A stretch of 64,000 nt of DNA. Source: the human T2T-CHM13v2.0 reference genome, Homo sapiens. Location of the stretch: assembly GCF_009914755.1 (NCBI RefSeq), contig NC_060942.1; one strand, written 5' to 3'. Below the pieces are notes generated by a model that was not told where the DNA came from, made no database searches, and saw only the letters and a list, made by a program, of their open reading frames with translations. Position numbers and translations under genes: made by a program. This document shows positions 58,466 to 64,000 of the stretch, piece after piece. Position 1 is the stretch's first letter. Each line of letters starts with the position of its first letter.

Positions 58466-58906
58466 GTGTGAAAGGAAGCCTCTAAGAGGCTGCCAACGGT
58501 TCCTGCCACCTGGTCATTCACGCCATTGAGTCTGGGCTCATGATCCAATTGTAAGATTATAAAAGTGATATCAAGTCATTTAGAAGATTAGGTTACAAAA
58601 ACTGTGATTTCCATTTTATTCTGTCCCTGTCACTTTGTCACAAGCCAACTGCTATGTATCAAGGAACTGATATCTCTATTCAAAAGCCATTTAGAACTTG
58701 AAGACTGACAACAGCCACATGCTCGAAGTTGGAAGCAACTTCTCCCCTGTAAAGCCTTAAGAAGACCTAAGTGCTGGCCAAAACATTGATAGCAGTTACA
58801 GACCTTGAGCCACATTTCTGGCTCACAGAAACTGTAGGAAATGAATGAGTGTTGTTTTAAGCTTCTGGGTATTGAGGAAATTCATTACACTAAAATAACT
58901 AATACA
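58466..58906 (+). mobile_element. MaLR LTR (MLT1-like)
   Basis: ctgccacctggtcattcacgcc...ctcacagaaactgt...aactaataca. Confidence 0.72.
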
Positions 58907-58919
58907 GAGGATTTGAATT

Positions 58920-59280
58920 TTATACTAATAAGAGTGAGAAGCTATTTAAGAGTTTTAAAGAAGATCAGTAACCAAGTCATGATTTATGTTTAAACTTTAG
59001 CTGCAGTGCAAAGATGGATGGGGAAAGGGGAATTGCAAAAATAGATAGAGATGCACGTTAGGAGGCAATCATAGTAGCCAAGATGAAAAATGAACCTGAC
59101 CGAGGGAAGTGGTGATGTTAAAGATAGAAAAAGTAGAAAAAAATCAAGACACATTTAGCAGATAAAATAATCAGGAGCTGATGATGGAAGAGTGATGAAG
59201 AAATCAAGGACTGGTGTCCTTTTGTCCAGCTCATAACAGTGTCCCTTACTGAGATAAAGAACCCCAGGAAAGAACCAGAT
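58920..59280 (-). mobile_element. L2 fragment
   Basis: gttaggaggcaatcatagtagcc, gaagaaatcaagga. Confidence 0.5.
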
Positions 59281-59506
59281 TTATCCTTCCTGCTTACTTC
59301 TTGTTCTGACGTTTCTGGCAGTGACTTAAGCCACTTGAATGGGGCTGTGATATAGATATTCTTTCCTCTCATCCCCTGCGGAGCCCACCCAGCCAACACC
59401 TGGGTTCAGCTAGCACTGCATTCTCTACAACAGCTCTCTTTTCAGGGAGAATTGCTCTTGGCTGCCATGTCCACAACAGAATTCAGAATCACTTCAGAGA
59501 TACATG

Positions 59507-59680
59507 TAACTAGCTGCAAGATAAATTGTAGTCTTACAACTTATCTTGTGTAGATCTTACTTCCTAGTTAGACGATTGTTAGAACTATTGATAAAATTAG
59601 CTTGCATATACCACCTAAAAATGAGAAGTAGGGTGGGGGAATAAGGAAGAGACACAAACACAATCCAGTAGCCAATTTGT
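59507..59680 (-). repeat. Right arm of ~170-bp diverged inverted duplication
   Basis: taactagctgcaagataaattg...gccaatttgt matches the reverse complement of 57089-57258. Confidence 0.93.
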
Positions 59681-60151
59681 ATTTTGCCACTTATGATCTA
59701 TAGATGTGTTTCTCGTGCCTTTTTTTTTTTCATTATCACTCTTCTAAGTATTTTTTAAAGATTTTTTCCCCTAATTACCCTTTCCCCTAAAATGTGTTAC
59801 CCACAGATATATTGTATATGAAATATCATTTGGGGACCCACACATTGTTGTAATGTCTAAGTTTTTTTTTTTTCTTGTTCCCATGAGAACCAATTTTTAC
59901 TCCACTGAAGAAAAGATCACCCCCATTGAGAATGCATAATACCACATACAGAATGGTAATTCACATTCAATAAAAATAAAGGCAGGTGACTTTCAGCAAA
60001 TTCACACTCTTTACTATAGAAAAATTTTCATTTTGCTGTACATGTATTTAACAAATCATATTGATGGTGGCAGGAATAAAGTTAAAAATCTGTCAATTGT
60101 GCTTTAAATTCTCAGATGTGTTTTCTATAGTACTGCTCCATGAAAGGGCCA

Positions 60152-60563
60152 TATATGCAAAGTGACCCCCAAATGCTGAAGGAGCCACACCAAAGAAGGA
60201 GGCAGACAAACCTAGTTTGTCAGTATTGGGTGATTTATTAAGAGAACTTAACGATGGAAGTGTGGTCTTGGGCAGCCACAAGACAAGCAGATCTCTGCCC
60301 GGTGACTCCCTAGACTCAAGACTTACCTACCATAGAGAAGAGGCATACGTGCTCCAGCAAGACAACCAAAGGTATCCTCCAGAACAGACAAGAATGCTAT
60401 GTGTGTCATAGCCTATAATTTGTGTGATAACATCAAGGTTGCTTTGTTTTTACACAAAGGACAAGAACTAATGTAGAAACCAGGGGGCATTCATGAGACT
60501 GGGGCTGATCAGAAGTCAGCATGGCAGATTAGCATCCAAGATGGAATCATTTTTGTCTCCACT
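60152..60563 (-). mobile_element. LTR47-like ERVL solo LTR
   Basis: Reverse complement begins gtggagacaaaaatgattccatcttggatgctaatc and contains aaccttgatgttatcacacaaattataggctatgac. Confidence 0.8.
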
Positions 60564-61319
60564 GATACAAACCCATAGCTGTGACCCAGGAGATTGTCAT
60601 AATATGATGAATGGTTCCATGGAGGTGTTTGCTATGTTTGCTAAGGAGAATGAGATTGTATTTTATACATTATGCCAATCAGACCTTTCCTTGCAGTAAG
60701 GGAAGGTCAATCTCACCTAAACTATAAGATTGGTATAAAGACCAAGAGATGAAATAGACTTTAGAAGGCAAGCAACAATGCCTGATTCAATAATGTACTT
60801 GTTATGAATATTTAGCAATGTATTCATTATTAATATTATTGTTACTGCAATGGCATATTTACTATGTCTGTTCTCAACAATGCAACAATGCCCTCTTGAT
60901 GCTGCCGGGAAATAGAAGGGTCTCCTTTGGGACATGTGGTCACAGGGAGTCTCTGAGTTTGTTGATAAAGGGATTCACCAGGAAAATCATCTTCCAACCT
61001 GGGCCACTTCTTAATGAAGACACCCCTTGCTGCCTGAGTCCTGAGTCCACACAGTGGATCAGCTGGTACCACAGGCAAGCTGGATGCTGAGCTGGAATCA
61101 CAAACAGAAATTAACAACAAAAAATTAAAACCTACCTAAAATAATGATTTAACACTGAAAACTCGACTCTTTAGTCAAAAAGCTCAACTTTAGAAGAAGC
61201 CCATATATATTTAAAGTAAACAGTATATCTAAGGAAACCATATACTGTCACCAGGTAAAGTCACCTGGACAAGTCAATATAAACCATAGATTGTCATCAG
61301 GTAATGCCCATTTTGTACA

Positions 61320-61500
61320 CATTCATTCATTCGTTCAACAAATATTTATTGGCTGACTTCTGATTGCTAAGAACACTGTTGGGCACAAAGCCTACAAAAA
61401 ATGGAAATAAACTGATTGGCCTCAATGAGCTCATAGACCAAGGGAAGCACAGACAAGCAGTCATGTGCAAAACTGTTCCACAAAAGATTATTCCTCGTGT
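61320..61500 (-). mobile_element. L2 3' tail
   Basis: cattcattcattcgttcaacaaatatttatt. Confidence 0.65.
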
Positions 61501-62879
61501 CAAGGATAACGTCTGGGCCTGCCTGTCAGACAAGATGCAACAAAGGAAGTAGCAGAAAAGCTAAATCTTAAAGCAAAGTCATGCTAGAAAGAGTCCTGCA
61601 TATGCCAAAATATCTTCCATGGAGGGTAAGATCCTCAAGTTTTATCCATTTTTTTTGAGTAATGCGTTTGAAAAAGTATCTCATAAATTTAAAATGTTAA
61701 GCTGTTATTGCTGTGATTTAAATCTATTGATCAGATTAGTTATTCAACCACATTATATTATAGATCCCAGGAGGGATAAGGAACGAGGTAAACTAGCTTT
61801 TAAATCTGGAAGGCAACTGGTCTTGGGAGATTACCCAGGATAGAAGACCAAGATAGTCACCCAAACTGGCAAACTAGTGCATTATAATTATAGGGAGAAC
61901 TTAATGAGGATTTAGTGTATCAGAGAAACACTGCTTCTTTCATTACTTTATTTTAAACTTGCTCTGATTTTTTGTTCTTCGGGTGAAAAAGATTTCAGTG
62001 CTTTTGTTGATGATGTAGCTTTTGCTTAGATGTTTTCTCTTTCTTTGCTAATCTTCCCTCAGTTTTCTCTCACAAAACAGGATGATGAATACCTACCAAT
62101 TTAAGCTTTAAGCCAAAATTGTCCTCATATGTAGAGAATCTTTTAACCCTCCTAGATATAGGTGCTCACAATTTGCTTCATTCTTCCACGATAGCATGTG
62201 AGGTCTTCTGCCACAGCAATTTTCATTCACGCATCTGTTCATTCATTCATTCCACAAAATATTTATTGAGTATTGTTTAGTACAATAAATGTTTTCATAA
62301 GAGGCCATTAGACTAAACGAATGAAAAAGACAAGCTTGATTTCTGTTGTCATGGAGCTTATACCTTCAAATGAGACTTAGAGGCTTTCTTGCGTTTCCCT
62401 AAAATGTTGCAAGTTCTTTACAAGAAAGATTCATGAATTATTCAATTTAGTATCTCAGAATTTAACATAGTTACTGACACTGGCTGTAAACAATAAATAA
62501 GCAAGGTTTTTAATGATATGCAATGAAAAACAGGGTTTTTTTTTTGTTTGTTTGCCTGTTTTAAAAGATAGAGACATTGTCATATTTAACACAATGTAAA
62601 TTCTACTATGGAAGAAGGAACAAATGGATTAAAATTTTTGCCACAGACAAGTATTATCATTTCTATTTTAAATAACATGATTGATTGAGTGCTCAGAGAT
62701 GTTAAGTAATTTTTCAAAGGTCACAGAAGTTTCACTGCTAAGATTCAAGCACAAGCTGACTCTAAAGTGTCTGCTTTTAACCAAATCTGCAGTCCAGGAG
62801 GTTTATTCTCCAGTATCTGCTTTATAATGTCTTGGCCATTGTGGCTGTTAATCAACATTACTTCCATATTACTTTTAAA

Positions 62880-63850
62880 TAAACTTTTTATGGAGCTAAA
62901 CACATGCATGCATACATGCAGGAAAGTGCACAAGCAATAAATATTAATAAAATGAAAGCAAACATGATAGATACACAGACCAAGAAATAGAATATTATCT
63001 GTGCCTCAGAACTCCAACTTTTACCCCTCCTCATAATTAAGCCCTACACAAAAAAATAATTATCTTGACTTCTAACACTAGATATTTGTCGTTTGTCTTT
63101 TTGTTATTTTTTTCTATAAAGACAGTTGTTCAATATATATGTGTGTCTATCTTCATCCATTCAACATTGTGTTTGTAAGATTGAAACTTGTGAGTACAGC
63201 AATTGTTCATTCATTCTCATGATTTTTTTTGTAATGTATTTCTCTGTTCAAATGTTGATGAATATTTGTTGGGAGTTTTTGTTTATTATGAATAACATTG
63301 CTATAAACATCTTTGTACGTATCATTTGTTAAACTATTCTGATGGGTATTTGCCTAACAATGGAATTTGTTGTATGAGTATATGACAAAGATTCCGAAAG
63401 TGCTATGGATGAGAGTAACAAGCATTGTTTGAGCATTCCAATTGCTCCATGTCCTTAACACTGTTCAGTCTTCATTGTCAGTCTTTTTCCTTTCTTTATT
63501 GTAGTAGTCATCTTATTAGTAGTATCAAGTTGAGATATTGGTTTGGATTTTCCTAACTACTAATAAGGTCAAGCAGCTTTCACATAAATTTACTGACCAT
63601 ATGTATGCTCTCTTTTGTAAACAGACACTCAGGGTTTTGCCCATTTTAAAAACTTGATCATTCTGTCATTTTTATTGATTTGTGGAAAATTCTCTATTCT
63701 TAACACTGGTTCTTAATCAGACATAAAAATGGCAAATATTCCTCTCTACTCTATGACTTATTTGCATAATTGTAACGGTGTGGCTTTTAATGAACAGAAA
63801 TTCTTTGTTTTAACACAGTCCAGTTGTTCTATGTTATCCTTTACATTAGA
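62880..63850 (-). mobile_element. Old L1ME-like 3' region
   Basis: ttatgaataacattgctataaacatc, ccaattgctccatgtcc, ttttaatgaacagaaattctt. Confidence 0.65.
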
Positions 63851-63868
63851 CCAGTATGAAAGCAATCG

Positions 63869-64000
63869 GGCCAGGCGAGGTGGCTCACGCCTGTAATCCC
63901 AGCACTTTGGGAGGCCGAGGCTGGCGGATCATGAGGCCAGGAGGTCGACACTATCCTGGCTAACACGGTGAAACCCCGTCTCTACTAAAAATACAAAAAA
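63869..64000 (+). mobile_element. AluY-like left arm (runs off window end)
   Basis: ggccaggcgaggtggctcacgcctgtaatccc...cctggctaacacggtgaaaccccgtctc. Confidence 0.93.

Noticed and set aside
58057-58548. 163-aa minus-strand ORF
   Set aside because: Runs across an MLT1 LTR and an antisense L1 tail; chance frame.

Overview
AT-rich primate (human-like) genomic DNA, apparently intergenic or deep-intronic. I can support no protein-coding exon, RNA gene or CRISPR array. The ORF-track entries are Alu-, L1- or LTR-derived, low-complexity or chance frames. The window is dominated by interspersed repeats: eight Alus plus a monomer, several L1s, L2/MIR relics, a solo LTR12C-like LTR, MaLR and ERV LTRs, a decayed ERVL internal region, and MER47A/MER20/MER53 DNA elements. 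Subfamily names are from recalled consensus motifs, not RepeatMasker. The most notable structure is a ~545-bp inverted duplication of unique-looking DNA (6312-6856 / 7871-8418, ~1 kb spacer). Its outer ~440 bp are identical, and its right arm abuts the tail of an old L1MA; together they interrupt an L2. This is a candidate polymorphic inversion homogenised by gene conversion. There is also an older ~170-bp inverted duplication (57089-57258 / 59507-59680), a near-perfect 35-bp-stem palindrome (52355-52430) and several templated-insertion-like scars.
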